Shown here: positions 48,228-58,474 of the stretch, piece after piece
Position numbering within the stretch: the stretch's first letter is position 1
Layout: each line of letters starts with the position of its first letter
NCBI GenBank assembly: GCA_036846365.1
Contig: DAIUCC010000008.1
Coordinates: forward strand, 12,922 to 76,921
Direction of reading: 5' to 3'
Source of the DNA: Anaerolineales bacterium
GTDB taxonomy: Bacteria > Chloroflexota > Anaerolineae > Anaerolineales > Villigracilaceae
Length of the DNA stretch: 64,000 nucleotides
Notes under the pieces: model-generated
Seen by the model: the letters and a program-made list of their open reading frames with translations, nothing else
Told to the model about the DNA's origin: nothing
Databases searched by the model: none
Made by a program: the position numbers and the translations under genes

Positions 48228-48884
48228 TCATCCAACCTTGGGCGTATCGCCGATGATCTCCCAGCCGCGCTCCAGCGCGACCGACTTCAACCTCTTATCG
48301 GGATACACCGCCACGGGATGCTCGGCATGTTCGAGCAGTGGAATGTCCAACACCGTGTCGCCGTAGGCGTAGTCCACACGCGAGACGCCCAGTCTGGCGA
48401 GGATCTGCTCCAGCTTCTTCTCGTCAGCCACCAGGCCGCCCGTCATGCGCAGACGCCCGTCCCTGATCTCCACAGGCGTCCCGCTGACCTGGGCTCCAAT
48501 GCGCCGCGCGAACGGCTCGATGAACGGCTCGACCACACTGCTGGCGATGTACACCTCCGCGCCCGCCTCGCGATGCGCTGTCAGCCGCGCCACCACGTCC
48601 TCGCGGCGCTGCTTCCACAGGTTATGCTCCACGACCCACTCCGAGGCGTGACGCACCTTGGCCTCGTCCGCGTCCTGGATGTAAGCCAGGCTGTCGACCA
48701 TCAGCTTCTGTCCCCAAGCCTGCCAGTCGATGACACCATTCTTTGCCAGCAAATACGACGGCGTGATCGCTGCCATATAAAAATTGGCGCGCCACTTGCT
48801 TTGATTATGCTTGACCCAATCCACCAAGCCCAGGAACGGCGAGCCCGTGGTCAGGGTCCCCATCATGTCCGAAACGACGATCAT
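48228..48884 (-). CDS. HAD-IB family hydrolase
   Basis: GGAGGA RBS before ATG 48884 (MIVVSDMMGTLT); DYAYGDTVLDIPLL motif IV region. Confidence 0.7.
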   Translation of the reverse strand: MIVVSDMMGTLTTGSPFLGLVDWVKHNQSKWRANFYMAAITPSYLLAKNGVIDWQAWGQKLMVDSLAYIQDADEAKVRHASEWVVEHNLWKQRREDVVARLTAHREAGAEVYIASSVVEPFIEPFARRIGAQVSGTPVEIRDGRLRMTGGLVADEKKLEQILARLGVSRVDYAYGDTVLDIPLLEHAEHPVAVYPDKRLKSVALERGWEIIGDTPKVG

Positions 48885-48979
48885 GTGAAATCCTCCGAGC
48901 AACGATAATATCGCCGCATTATAATCCGCCCTGACCAACATCTCATCCGCACGCAAGACCCAGATGATACAATTCTCGC

Positions 48980-49801
48980 ATGGGCATTCTCTATCTTGTC
49001 GCCACCCCCATTGGGAATCTCGAAGACCTCTCGCCACGCGCCGTGCGCGTGCTGCGCGAATCCGTGCTGATCGCCGCCGAAGACACGCGTCACACGGGTT
49101 CGCTGCTCAAGCATTTCGGCATCAAAACGCCCCTCACCAGTTATTTTGAACATAACAAACTGACCAAGCAGGAGACCATCCTCGGGAAGCTGGCCGAAGG
49201 CGACGTGGCCCTCGTCTCGGATGCGGGCACGCCCGCCATCAACGATCCGGGCTACGAGTTGGTGCGCGCCGCCCTGGTGGCCGGCTTCGACGTTCGGCCT
49301 GTCCCCGGACCCTCGGCTCCCATCTCCGCCCTGACCGTTTCCGGCCTGCCTACAGACGCCTTCCTGTACCTTGGCTATCTTCCGCATAAATCGGGGGAAC
49401 GCCGCAAGGACCTGGCCCAGGTCGCAGACCTGCGCTACACGCTGATCTTCCTCGAAACCCCACACCGCCTGCTCGACTCCCTCGCGGACCTGTTGTCCGT
49501 GTTCGGTGACCGTCGCATCTCCGTCTCGCGCGAACTGACCAAACTCTACGAAGAGACCTGGCGCGGAAGGATCAGCGGCGCCATCGAATATTTCACCGCC
49601 AAAGAGCCGCGCGGAGAGTTTACGCTGGTGATCGAAGGACGTCAGACCGTGGACGGCGGGCGGTGGACCGAGGAGCAGTTGTTGACCGCGATTCAGGCGG
49701 AACTGCAAAGCGGCAAGTCGGCATCACAACTGGCGGGTGAACTGGCCGACCAGTCGGGTTGGAAGAAGAAGGAAGTCTACAACCTGATCCTCCAGCAATA
49801 G
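48980..49801 (+). CDS. rsmI: 16S rRNA (cytidine1402-2'-O)-methyltransferase
   Basis: MGILYLVATPIGNLEDLSPRA...IAAEDTRHTGSLL tetrapyrrole-methylase fold. Confidence 0.9.
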   Translation: MGILYLVATPIGNLEDLSPRAVRVLRESVLIAAEDTRHTGSLLKHFGIKTPLTSYFEHNKLTKQETILGKLAEGDVALVSDAGTPAINDPGYELVRAALVAGFDVRPVPGPSAPISALTVSGLPTDAFLYLGYLPHKSGERRKDLAQVADLRYTLIFLETPHRLLDSLADLLSVFGDRRISVSRELTKLYEETWRGRISGAIEYFTAKEPRGEFTLVIEGRQTVDGGRWTEEQLLTAIQAELQSGKSASQLAGELADQSGWKKKEVYNLILQQ

Positions 49802-49857
49802 CGGAACCAATTCGCATCCGCGCACGTTTCTCGGGTATCTTCTTCAAGGACAAGCTC

Positions 49858-50979
49858 ATGGAAACTCCAATCGTCTCACCCGAACCTCAAGCCACACCTC
49901 CCCTGCCCGTTCCCCAGTCCCTCTTCTGGCGTCTGTTTCAGGGCTTCGTAATCACCGTTCTAACTCTGAGTGCATTCTTGGTCATTTCCATCTTCGAACC
50001 CGAGTGGCAGGATGGACGGTTTCAATCCTATGTTACATTGCTGCTTTCTACAAAAACTTCCTGGATCTTCGCGCCACTGCTCGGATACTCCTCGCTCGCC
50101 TTGTTGTTCTTGTTATCCGCCCCAATGAAATGGGTACAGCAATTCTGGGTGCGTCTGGGAATCTACACGGGCGCGCTCCTCGGATTGCAATTTACCGTCC
50201 TGGCCTTGCTGGCATTGGGAGATCCCACCTGGTTGGTGCTGTTGATCTGGATCGCCCCGCTGCTCGCCTGGCCGATCCTGCGCTGGCTGGCGAAAAAGAT
50301 CGGCGTCAAGTGGACCGTTCTGGGCGTGTTGGTTCTCGCGGCCTTTTTCTATTTCGGCTACCTGCTGGTCGAGGCCATTCGTGCCCGTTCTTTTCCGCCC
50401 GCGTATGCCTTCTCCACTCCGTTCCTGTTCGTGATTGGATTCCTGATCGCCTCCGCCCCGTTCTGGACGCTGCTCATCATGTCCACCACCAGCTATCGCC
50501 TGCTTAAGTATTACGAGACGCGCCTCACCCTCCCGCGCGGACTCGGCGTCCTGGCCTGGCTGGGCGGATTCGCCGCCTCGTGGAGTCTGGCCATCCTGCG
50601 CACGCTGCAACTGTACTCCGAACTGCCCACCTACCCGCCTGATTGTTACATTGCCACCGCCGCCGCAAACGGACATCCGCGTTTCGTCGGCTCGCAGGAG
50701 GTGACCCTCGCCAGCGGCACGCACATGCGGGTCAACGCGCAATTACAACGTCTCAAGTGCGCGGAACTGGCGCTGAAAGCCGTTGCCCCGCGCCTGCATA
50801 GACTCCTCCGCGCTGCCTACGACGCGCTCGGTCGTCCCCTGGCTCGCCGCATGACCAATCCTTTCGTGGCGGATGCGGCCTATCTATTGCTCAAACCCTT
50901 CGAATGGATTTCGTTTTTTGTCTTGCGCCGGATCGTACCAGAGATTAACATCCACGCACAGAAGTTATATCGCTCGTAA
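49858..50979 (+). CDS. polytopic membrane protein, hypothetical
   Basis: ~8 TM segments; start chosen at METPIVS. Confidence 0.5.
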   Translation: METPIVSPEPQATPPLPVPQSLFWRLFQGFVITVLTLSAFLVISIFEPEWQDGRFQSYVTLLLSTKTSWIFAPLLGYSSLALLFLLSAPMKWVQQFWVRLGIYTGALLGLQFTVLALLALGDPTWLVLLIWIAPLLAWPILRWLAKKIGVKWTVLGVLVLAAFFYFGYLLVEAIRARSFPPAYAFSTPFLFVIGFLIASAPFWTLLIMSTTSYRLLKYYETRLTLPRGLGVLAWLGGFAASWSLAILRTLQLYSELPTYPPDCYIATAAANGHPRFVGSQEVTLASGTHMRVNAQLQRLKCAELALKAVAPRLHRLLRAAYDALGRPLARRMTNPFVADAAYLLLKPFEWISFFVLRRIVPEINIHAQKLYRS

Positions 50980-51003
50980 TTGTTTTTACCAACAGGAGCC
51001 CTC

Positions 51004-52473
51004 ATGTCCGAAGAAAAACCTGAAGTCAAAAAGGAAGACAAGCCCACCCCCGCGGACAACCTCGTCCAAACCCAGCACAGCGTCACCATCGGCGGCAAAG
51101 AGATCAGGTACACCGTCACCGCGGGGACGATGGTCGTCAAGGAAGAGACAGCCGACCGTGAGAAGGAAGCCGACGGCGAGAAGCCCAAGGCGCAGGTCTT
51201 CTTCGTCGCCTACACCAAAGACGACGTGGAGGACAAATCCAAGTGGCCGATCACCTTCTCGTTCAACGGCGGACCCGGCTCCTCGTCGGTCTGGTTGCAC
51301 CTCGGCACGCTTGGTCCGCGCCGCGTGGTGCTCGAATTCGACGGAAACTTGCCCAAGCCGCCCTTCCAACTGGTCGACAACGAGTTCTCGCTCCTCGACC
51401 AGACCGACCTGGTCTTCATCGACCCCGTCAGTACGGGCTACTCGCGCCCCGTCGAGGGACAGAAGCCCAAGGAATGGCACGGCTTCAAGAAGGACATCGA
51501 GTCGGTCGGCGACTTTATCCGCTTGTATACCACGCGCTACGGACGCTGGCTCTCGCCCAAATTCCTGGCGGGCGAAAGCTACGGCACCACCCGCGCAGCG
51601 GGACTCTCGGGCTACTTGCAGGAGCGTCATGGCATGTACCTCAACGGCCTGATGCTCATCTCGGCCGTGCTCGACTTCACCACCATCGACTTCTACGTCA
51701 ACAACGACCTGCCCTACGTACTCTTCCTGCCCGCTTATGCGGCTACGGCCTGGTATCACGGCGCGCTGCGCGTCCGCAAACCGCTGCAAAAACTGCTGGC
51801 CGAGGTGGAGAAATTCGCGCAGGGCGAGTACGCCGCGGCTCTGCTCAAAGGCGACAGCCTGTCAAAACGGGAGCGGACCACAGTCGTCGAAAAGCTGGCG
51901 CGCTATACGGGTCTCTCGGCTGATTTCATCGAGCGCTCGAACCTGCGCATCAACGACCAGCATTTCTTCAAGGAATTACTGCGCTCCCGCGGACAGACCG
52001 TCGGCCGCCTCGACAGCCGCTTCACCGGCCTCGACCGGCTGGGCGTCACCCAGCAGCCCGAATACGATCCGCTGCTGACCAATGTGCTCGGCCCGTACAC
52101 TGCCGCCTTCTACGATTACATCCGCACCGAGTTGAAGTTCGAGACCGACCTGCCCTACGAAATCCTGAGCGGATTCGTCCACCCGTGGAGCTACGCCGAG
52201 TTCGAGAATCACTTCGTGCATGTGGGCGAGACCCTGCGTTCGGCCATGACTTATAATCCGCACCTCAAGGTCTTCATAGCCAACGGCTACTACGACCTGG
52301 GCACGCCCTACTTCGCGACCGAATACACCTTCAATCACCTCGGCCTGCACGAGTCGCTGCGTGGTAACGTCAGCATGGAATACTACGAGGCAGGCCACAT
52401 GATGTACATTCACATGCCTTCACTCGAAGCGCTCAAGCGCGATTTGGCCGAATTCATCCAAAGGTCAAAATGA
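51004..52473 (+). CDS. S10-family serine carboxypeptidase-like protein
   Basis: NGGPGSSS and GESYG motifs; AGGAG RBS before ATG 51004. Confidence 0.75.
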   Translation: MSEEKPEVKKEDKPTPADNLVQTQHSVTIGGKEIRYTVTAGTMVVKEETADREKEADGEKPKAQVFFVAYTKDDVEDKSKWPITFSFNGGPGSSSVWLHLGTLGPRRVVLEFDGNLPKPPFQLVDNEFSLLDQTDLVFIDPVSTGYSRPVEGQKPKEWHGFKKDIESVGDFIRLYTTRYGRWLSPKFLAGESYGTTRAAGLSGYLQERHGMYLNGLMLISAVLDFTTIDFYVNNDLPYVLFLPAYAATAWYHGALRVRKPLQKLLAEVEKFAQGEYAAALLKGDSLSKRERTTVVEKLARYTGLSADFIERSNLRINDQHFFKELLRSRGQTVGRLDSRFTGLDRLGVTQQPEYDPLLTNVLGPYTAAFYDYIRTELKFETDLPYEILSGFVHPWSYAEFENHFVHVGETLRSAMTYNPHLKVFIANGYYDLGTPYFATEYTFNHLGLHESLRGNVSMEYYEAGHMMYIHMPSLEALKRDLAEFIQRSK

Positions 52474-53537
52474 ACCTCGATGAACTCGACCAGGTCAGTC
52501 AACTCGACTCGCAGGATATGCACGTCCAGATCGAATCCTTGCCCGACCAGCTCGCACTCGCGTATGAACTTGGTCTTGCCCAGGCCCTCCCCGATTGGAA
52601 AAACGTTCGCCATCTGCTGATTGCAGGCATGGGCGTCTCAGCTTTGTGTGGCGACCTGCTGGCGGCCTACCTGCAACCCTTCGCCCCCGCACCTGTCACC
52701 GTTCATCGGGATTATGGTCTGCCTTTCTGGGTGCGCAGCGAAGACGTGCTGGTGGTGGTTTCTTCACATTCGGGCAACACCGAGGAAGTGCTGGAAGCCT
52801 TCGAAACAGCGCGCTCCAACGGCTGTCGTGTCCTCGCCATTTCCACGGGCGGAGAACTGGCTAAACGCGCCACCCAAGCCAACATCCCACTATGGATCTT
52901 TCCGCATCGTGGACCATCCCGCCCGTCGCTGGGTTATTCGTTCGGATTCCTGCTCGCGCTGGCCGAACGCATCGGGCTGATCCCCTCACAGGCGCACGAT
53001 ATTTCCATCGCCATCGAAGCGATGAATCACATACAGGAGCATCTACGCATCGATGTGCCTATTGTGCAAAATCCTGCCAAGCGGGAAGCCGGGCAACTCA
53101 TGGGCCGTTGGGTGACCGTGGTCGGTACGGGCATCCTGGCGCCTGTGGCACTGCGGATCAAGAACCAGATCAACACGCTGGCCCGTGCCAGCGCCAATGT
53201 GGAGATTCTGCCCGAGGCCAATCACAACGCCATTGCAGGCCTGGTCCAGCCCACAGACGTGCTCATGCCGCACACGATGACGCTCTTCCTGCGTGCCTCA
53301 GCCTCATCCCTGCACCCGCGGAATCTTGTCCGCACCGAGATGACCAAGATGGGCTTGATGATGGAAGGCTTGAACACTGACTTCCTCGACGCGCGCGGTG
53401 ATACGCCCCTGGCCCAGATATGGACCATGATTCTGTTTGGCGATTATCTGGCCTACTATCTGGCCCTTGCCTACGACATCGACCCCTCAGGCGTGGGTCC
53501 TGTCGACGATTTCAAGCAGATGTTGCCTCCCCGCTAA
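52470..53537 (+). CDS. bifunctional phosphoglucose/phosphomannose isomerase (SIS domain)
   Basis: SIS-domain VVVSSHSGNTEE; PGI/PMI family length 355 aa; 4-nt overlap with upstream gene. Confidence 0.8.
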   Translation: MNLDELDQVSQLDSQDMHVQIESLPDQLALAYELGLAQALPDWKNVRHLLIAGMGVSALCGDLLAAYLQPFAPAPVTVHRDYGLPFWVRSEDVLVVVSSHSGNTEEVLEAFETARSNGCRVLAISTGGELAKRATQANIPLWIFPHRGPSRPSLGYSFGFLLALAERIGLIPSQAHDISIAIEAMNHIQEHLRIDVPIVQNPAKREAGQLMGRWVTVVGTGILAPVALRIKNQINTLARASANVEILPEANHNAIAGLVQPTDVLMPHTMTLFLRASASSLHPRNLVRTEMTKMGLMMEGLNTDFLDARGDTPLAQIWTMILFGDYLAYYLALAYDIDPSGVGPVDDFKQMLPPR

Positions 53538-53546
53538 AGCCACAAC

Positions 53547-53590
53547 AAAAAAGAGCCTCATCAAATGATGAGGCTCTTTTCATTTCCCTT
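53547..53590. terminator. bidirectional terminator
   Basis: aaaaaagagcctcatc-aaat-gatgaggctctttt + cattt. Confidence 0.65.
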
Positions 53591-55615
53591 TTATTTGATC
53601 TCGATCTGATAACCCGCCTGTTCACGGGTGAAACGCGTGGTGCCCGAAACCACCAGGATGGCGCGCTCACCGCTCTTCAGCGACAGCGGGATGCTGGCGG
53701 ACTGATTCTCATCGAGCGCGATGGTCTGCACCGTAGTACCGTCGTTGCCTTCGATGATCAGCGACACGCGGAAGGTCTGCGGCAGGACGTTCTGCACGCG
53801 GGCGAAACCTTCGCTCACCCAGCCGCCATCGTCAGTCTCGAAGTCGGTGGAGTAGCCGAGGGCGTCCACGCGGACGTCGTCGAGCAGGAAGCCCTCGCCG
53901 TTGACGGCCGCATCGGTGACATACTCGAAGCGGACCTGTATCTTCTTGCCCGCGTAGGCCGAGAGGTCCACGGTCTCTTCCTTCCAGCTATCCGAGACGC
54001 CGTTGTAACCCCAGCCGTAGGAATTACCCGAAGGGTCTTCACCCGTGCCCAAAGGCGTGGTGATGATGGACCAGGTTTGGCCGCCATCCTCGGAGACTTC
54101 GAGGTACACGTAATCGTAATCGGTCTCGACGTCGTACCAGGTGTTGAAGGTCAAATCGATTGGCCCCGTCACGCTGCTAAAATCGAACTCGTGCGTCAAA
54201 GTCATATCCGACTCGTCGCCCTTGTTCGACCAGAAGGCATAGGAGCCCGAATTCGGGTCGGCGGGCAGCAGGCGCGTCACCGTGGAGCCGTTGAAGGTCA
54301 GGGTGTAGTCACCCGAGCAGGTGATGGCAATGTAGTCCACGCCATACTGATGCACCGAATAATCCTGCGCGGATTGCGGACAGGTATCGATCTGATCGGT
54401 AGGACGGGCCTGATGAGCATCGGTGTAATTGTGATAGACGTAGCGGCCGTCGCCCACTTTGCCATCCAGCAGGAAGTTGGTCACGGCCCAATCGCCGAAC
54501 ACATCGTCGGCGCTGATGGGCTGACCCGTCTGCGGGTCGGTGGCATTGATGGCGCGCAGGGCATTGTCGATGCTGTCGAAGCCGTTGGCAGGATCCTTGA
54601 CCACGGCTTTGGTGGCGTCCTCGCCGAAGCGGTCGAGGAAATAGGCCAGGTACAGGAAGCTCGCACCGTAATGTGGTGAGGTGGCATCCGAGTCGTTGGG
54701 CCAGTCGTTCAGTTGCAGATCGGGGTTGCCGATGTACAGCCAGTCAAAACCACCGGGATCGTATCCATTCAGGAAGGCCGCTACTTCGGAAAAGCCCTCG
54801 TTCATCCACGAGGTCTCGTTGCGGTCCTGATACCAGTGGATCATGTGCTGGAATTCGTGCGCCAACACGCCGTAGGTGAACTCGTCGCCGAGATTGGTAT
54901 TGTCGGCGTTGAAGACGAACATCTCATGCGCGTTGGAATATTCGTGCGCCAGCGGGTTGAGCGAATCAGCCGAGGAGAAATATCCCGCAATCGACATACC
55001 GATGCCGCGCGCATACAGGATGTAGATGTGTGCGTCACCGTCGATGCCGGGCGTCCATTCGCTGCCGAAGAACTCGCGGTCGGTGGGGTAGATATGATTC
55101 TCGAACGCATCCACCAGTGCCTTCATGTCGCGCTCGTTGACATCCACGCCATCCTCGACCCAAAAATACACATGCGGTGTAATGTACCGCAGGCTGGCAT
55201 CCACCTGAAAATTCTTGTTGGTGCCCATGTCGGTGGCCCAGAAGGTATTTTTGTCGCCCACCTGACGCGGTGCGGCGCTGGTCGCCATCACTTCGGGGAT
55301 GTTGCACACCCCCTTCAGGCGGCAGGCCAGCACGCTCGGGTCGTTGAACGGCACAACGGTCGTCTCAAGAGTTGTGACCGTGTCGGTCGAGATCTGATTC
55401 GCCGGCGGACGGGTCACCACCACCACGGGAGTCGCCGTGGCGGGCACAAACGGGTCCTCGATGGGCAGGCCGATGTCCTGCGCGGCCTGGACGGAATAGG
55501 TGTAAAGGATGTATCCGCCCACGCCGAGCACGATCAGGCAGATGCAGCACAACAGCACAACGATGCCAGCGATGATCGCGGCTGTGGAGCCTGACTTGTT
55601 GGATTCCATGAACAA
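53591..55615 (-). CDS. M6-family (immune inhibitor A-like) secreted metalloprotease, membrane-anchored
   Basis: HEFQHMIHW zinc motif, N-terminal TM, 674 aa. Confidence 0.8.
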   Translation of the reverse strand: MFMESNKSGSTAAIIAGIVVLLCCICLIVLGVGGYILYTYSVQAAQDIGLPIEDPFVPATATPVVVVTRPPANQISTDTVTTLETTVVPFNDPSVLACRLKGVCNIPEVMATSAAPRQVGDKNTFWATDMGTNKNFQVDASLRYITPHVYFWVEDGVDVNERDMKALVDAFENHIYPTDREFFGSEWTPGIDGDAHIYILYARGIGMSIAGYFSSADSLNPLAHEYSNAHEMFVFNADNTNLGDEFTYGVLAHEFQHMIHWYQDRNETSWMNEGFSEVAAFLNGYDPGGFDWLYIGNPDLQLNDWPNDSDATSPHYGASFLYLAYFLDRFGEDATKAVVKDPANGFDSIDNALRAINATDPQTGQPISADDVFGDWAVTNFLLDGKVGDGRYVYHNYTDAHQARPTDQIDTCPQSAQDYSVHQYGVDYIAITCSGDYTLTFNGSTVTRLLPADPNSGSYAFWSNKGDESDMTLTHEFDFSSVTGPIDLTFNTWYDVETDYDYVYLEVSEDGGQTWSIITTPLGTGEDPSGNSYGWGYNGVSDSWKEETVDLSAYAGKKIQVRFEYVTDAAVNGEGFLLDDVRVDALGYSTDFETDDGGWVSEGFARVQNVLPQTFRVSLIIEGNDGTTVQTIALDENQSASIPLSLKSGERAILVVSGTTRFTREQAGYQIEIK

Positions 55616-55767
55616 ACCCTTTCTGTGGAAAAGATTGGCCCATGATACTTGATATAACTAAAAAAGGGATTAGGAATTCGGTAGGATGGGCGGGAAGCCC
55701 GCACTCGATGAGAGAATGAGGAAGGCAAAACAAAAAAAGGACGGCAGGGTCTCTGCCGTCCTTTGGG

Positions 55768-58230
55768 TTAAGCCTCCACAGGCTGTTGTTGTTTGACCGC
55801 CTCGCTGGGATGGAAGACGATCTTCTCGTTCTCCACATCTACCAGCACGGTGGCACCCGGCTTGAACCGGTGCGCCAGCAGTTCGACCGAGAGCGGACTC
55901 TCGATGTACTTCTGAATGGCGCGGCGCAGCGGGCGCGCGCCGAAGGCGGGGTCGTAGCCTTCCTTTGCCAGCCACTTGCGGGCCGCGTCGGTCAACTCGA
56001 CCGTGATGTGATACTCGCCCAGGCGTTCCTGTACTTCCTTCATCTGCAAGTCCACGATCTGCGCCATCTCGTCCAGCGAGAGCGGCGAGAACATGATGAT
56101 CTCGTCGATGCGGTTGAGGAACTCGGGACGGAAGGCGCCCTTAAGGGCCTTCTCGACCTTGTCGTGCGCCTCGCGCTCGTCGTCGTTCGCGGTCTTTTGC
56201 AGGAAGCCGAGCGTGCCGCCCTTGCGGACATACTCAGTGCCCAGGTTCGAGGTCATGATCAGGATCGTGTTGCGGAAGTCCACCACGTTGCCCTGACCGT
56301 CGGTCATGCGGCCGTCGTCGAGGATTTGCAGCAACGCGTTCCAGACCTCGGGGTGGGCCTTTTCGATCTCGTCGAACAACACCACGCGATACGGGCGACG
56401 GCGGACGGCCTCGGTTAACTGGCCGCCTTCCTCATAGCCGACATATCCTGGCGGCGCGCCAAACAGGCGGCTGACGGTGTGCTGCTCGCGGTACTCAGAC
56501 ATGTCGATGCGCACCAGGGCTTCCTCGTCGTCGAACATGAACCAGGCCAGCGCCTTGGCCAGCTCGGTCTTGCCGACACCCGAGGGGCCGATGAAGATGA
56601 ACGAACCGATCGGGCGCGAAGGATCCTTGAGGCCCGAGCGGGCGCGGCGGATGGCATCCGAAATGGCGTGGATGGCCTCCTCCTGGCCAATAATGCGCTC
56701 GTGCAGGCGATCCTCCATTTGCAGCAACTTCTCGGACTCGGTCTCCATCATCTGTGTGACGGGGATGCCCGTCCACTGGTGGACGACCTCGGCGATATCG
56801 TTCACGTCCACGACCTCGTCGAGCTTGTGGTCCACTTCCCAGCGGTCACGTTTCTCGGTGTATTCCTGTTCGAGGCGCAGACGTTCGGCCTTCTTCTGGG
56901 CGGCGCGTTCGTAATCGCGTTCCAGGCCCGCCTGCTCCTCTTCGGCGCGCAACTTGTCCACCTCACTCTTCATGGTCTTGAGTTCAGGCGGCATGGAGTA
57001 GAGCGCCACGCGCAGCTTGGCGGCGGCTTCGTCCATCAGGTCGATGGCCTTGTCGGGCAGGTGACGGTCGGTGACATAGCGATCCGCCAGGCGGGCAGCC
57101 GCCACCAGAGCCTCGTCCGAGAAGTGGACCTTGTGATGGGCTTCGTAGCGGTCGCGCAGTCCGCCCAGCATCTTGATGGTATCTTCCACGGTCGGCTCTT
57201 CGACGTAGATCGGGGCGAAGCGGCGCTCGAGCGCAGCGTCCTTTTCGATATATTTGTGGAACTCGTCCAGCGTGGTCGCGCCGATGCACTGCAACTCGCC
57301 GCGTGCCAGGGCAGGCTTGAGCATGTTCGAGGCATCCATGGCGCCCTGGGCCGCACCCGCGCCGACCACGGTGTGCAGTTCGTCGATCATCAGGATGATG
57401 TCGCCCTGCGAACGCTGGACCTCTTCCATGACGGCCTTGAGGCGCTCCTCGAATTCACCGCGGAAGCGCGAACCCGCGATCATCGAACCGAGGTCGAGGG
57501 CCACCACCTTCTTGCCCGCCAAAATTTCAGGGACATCGTTATTGGCGATTTTCTGGGCCAGGCCTTCGGCAATGGCGGTCTTGCCAACGCCAGCCTCGCC
57601 GATTAGGACAGGGTTGTTCTTGGTGCGGCGCGAGAGGATCTGGATCAGCCGCAAAATCTCGTTGTCGCGTCCGATGACGGGGTCGAGTTTGCCCTCGCGG
57701 GCGAGTTGGGTCAGGTCGCGGGAGTATTTCTCCAGCGTGCGGTAACGGGACTCAGCTTGGGGGTCCGTGACGCGCTGTCCACCGCGCAGATCCTGAATCG
57801 CGTCGTAGACACGGTCACGCGTCAGGCCGGCCGATTCCAAAATGCGGGCGGCGGGCGTGTTGCGCTCGGTCAGGATGGCGAGGAAGATATGCTCGGTGGA
57901 GATGTACTCGTCCTTGAGGCGGTTGGCCTCCTCGTTCGCAAGGTCGATGATACGCTTCACGCGTGGAGTAATAAAGATCTGTCCCGCGCCACCACCGAAG
58001 ATGTTGGCCTTCGGGCTGGCGCGCAGGGTGGCGTCCAGGCGCTCGGTAAGCGCCTCGGCACTGACGTTGAGTTTTTCGAGAATTTGGGGAATCACCCCGC
58101 CGGGTTGTTCGATAAGCGCCAGCAGGATGTGTTCGGTATCGATCTGGTTATGGCCGTAGCGCTGGATGATCTCCGCGGCGCGCTGGGCGGCTTCCTGGGC
58201 TCGTTCGGTAAATCGATCAAATCGCATCAT
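55768..58230 (-). CDS. clpC: Clp/Hsp100 AAA+ chaperone, ClpC-type
   Basis: Clp_N repeats, two Walker A ([16 protein letters not shown]), short middle domain, LGF ClpP-docking loop, 820 aa. Confidence 0.9.
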   Translation of the reverse strand: MMRFDRFTERAQEAAQRAAEIIQRYGHNQIDTEHILLALIEQPGGVIPQILEKLNVSAEALTERLDATLRASPKANIFGGGAGQIFITPRVKRIIDLANEEANRLKDEYISTEHIFLAILTERNTPAARILESAGLTRDRVYDAIQDLRGGQRVTDPQAESRYRTLEKYSRDLTQLAREGKLDPVIGRDNEILRLIQILSRRTKNNPVLIGEAGVGKTAIAEGLAQKIANNDVPEILAGKKVVALDLGSMIAGSRFRGEFEERLKAVMEEVQRSQGDIILMIDELHTVVGAGAAQGAMDASNMLKPALARGELQCIGATTLDEFHKYIEKDAALERRFAPIYVEEPTVEDTIKMLGGLRDRYEAHHKVHFSDEALVAAARLADRYVTDRHLPDKAIDLMDEAAAKLRVALYSMPPELKTMKSEVDKLRAEEEQAGLERDYERAAQKKAERLRLEQEYTEKRDRWEVDHKLDEVVDVNDIAEVVHQWTGIPVTQMMETESEKLLQMEDRLHERIIGQEEAIHAISDAIRRARSGLKDPSRPIGSFIFIGPSGVGKTELAKALAWFMFDDEEALVRIDMSEYREQHTVSRLFGAPPGYVGYEEGGQLTEAVRRRPYRVVLFDEIEKAHPEVWNALLQILDDGRMTDGQGNVVDFRNTILIMTSNLGTEYVRKGGTLGFLQKTANDDEREAHDKVEKALKGAFRPEFLNRIDEIIMFSPLSLDEMAQIVDLQMKEVQERLGEYHITVELTDAARKWLAKEGYDPAFGARPLRRAIQKYIESPLSVELLAHRFKPGATVLVDVENEKIVFHPSEAVKQQQPVEA

Positions 58231-58474
58231 AGAGGAAAATTCTCCTGTAGGAGCACGACAGGACGGTTTTCCGCCCGAGTCTCGTGGCGACTTGCCGCGC
58301 CTCTACTATATGCGGGCATTATAACAAAACCGCGCTGGCGGTTTGTCTACGGGGCATAAGAGAAGTGTTAGATTTGGCGGGAACGCCACAAAAATGCGGC
58401 CATCCAGATTCTTCTAACAGTAGCAAACTGCCCACAATTGTGTCAAAATATACATAGATATTTATCCACGAACC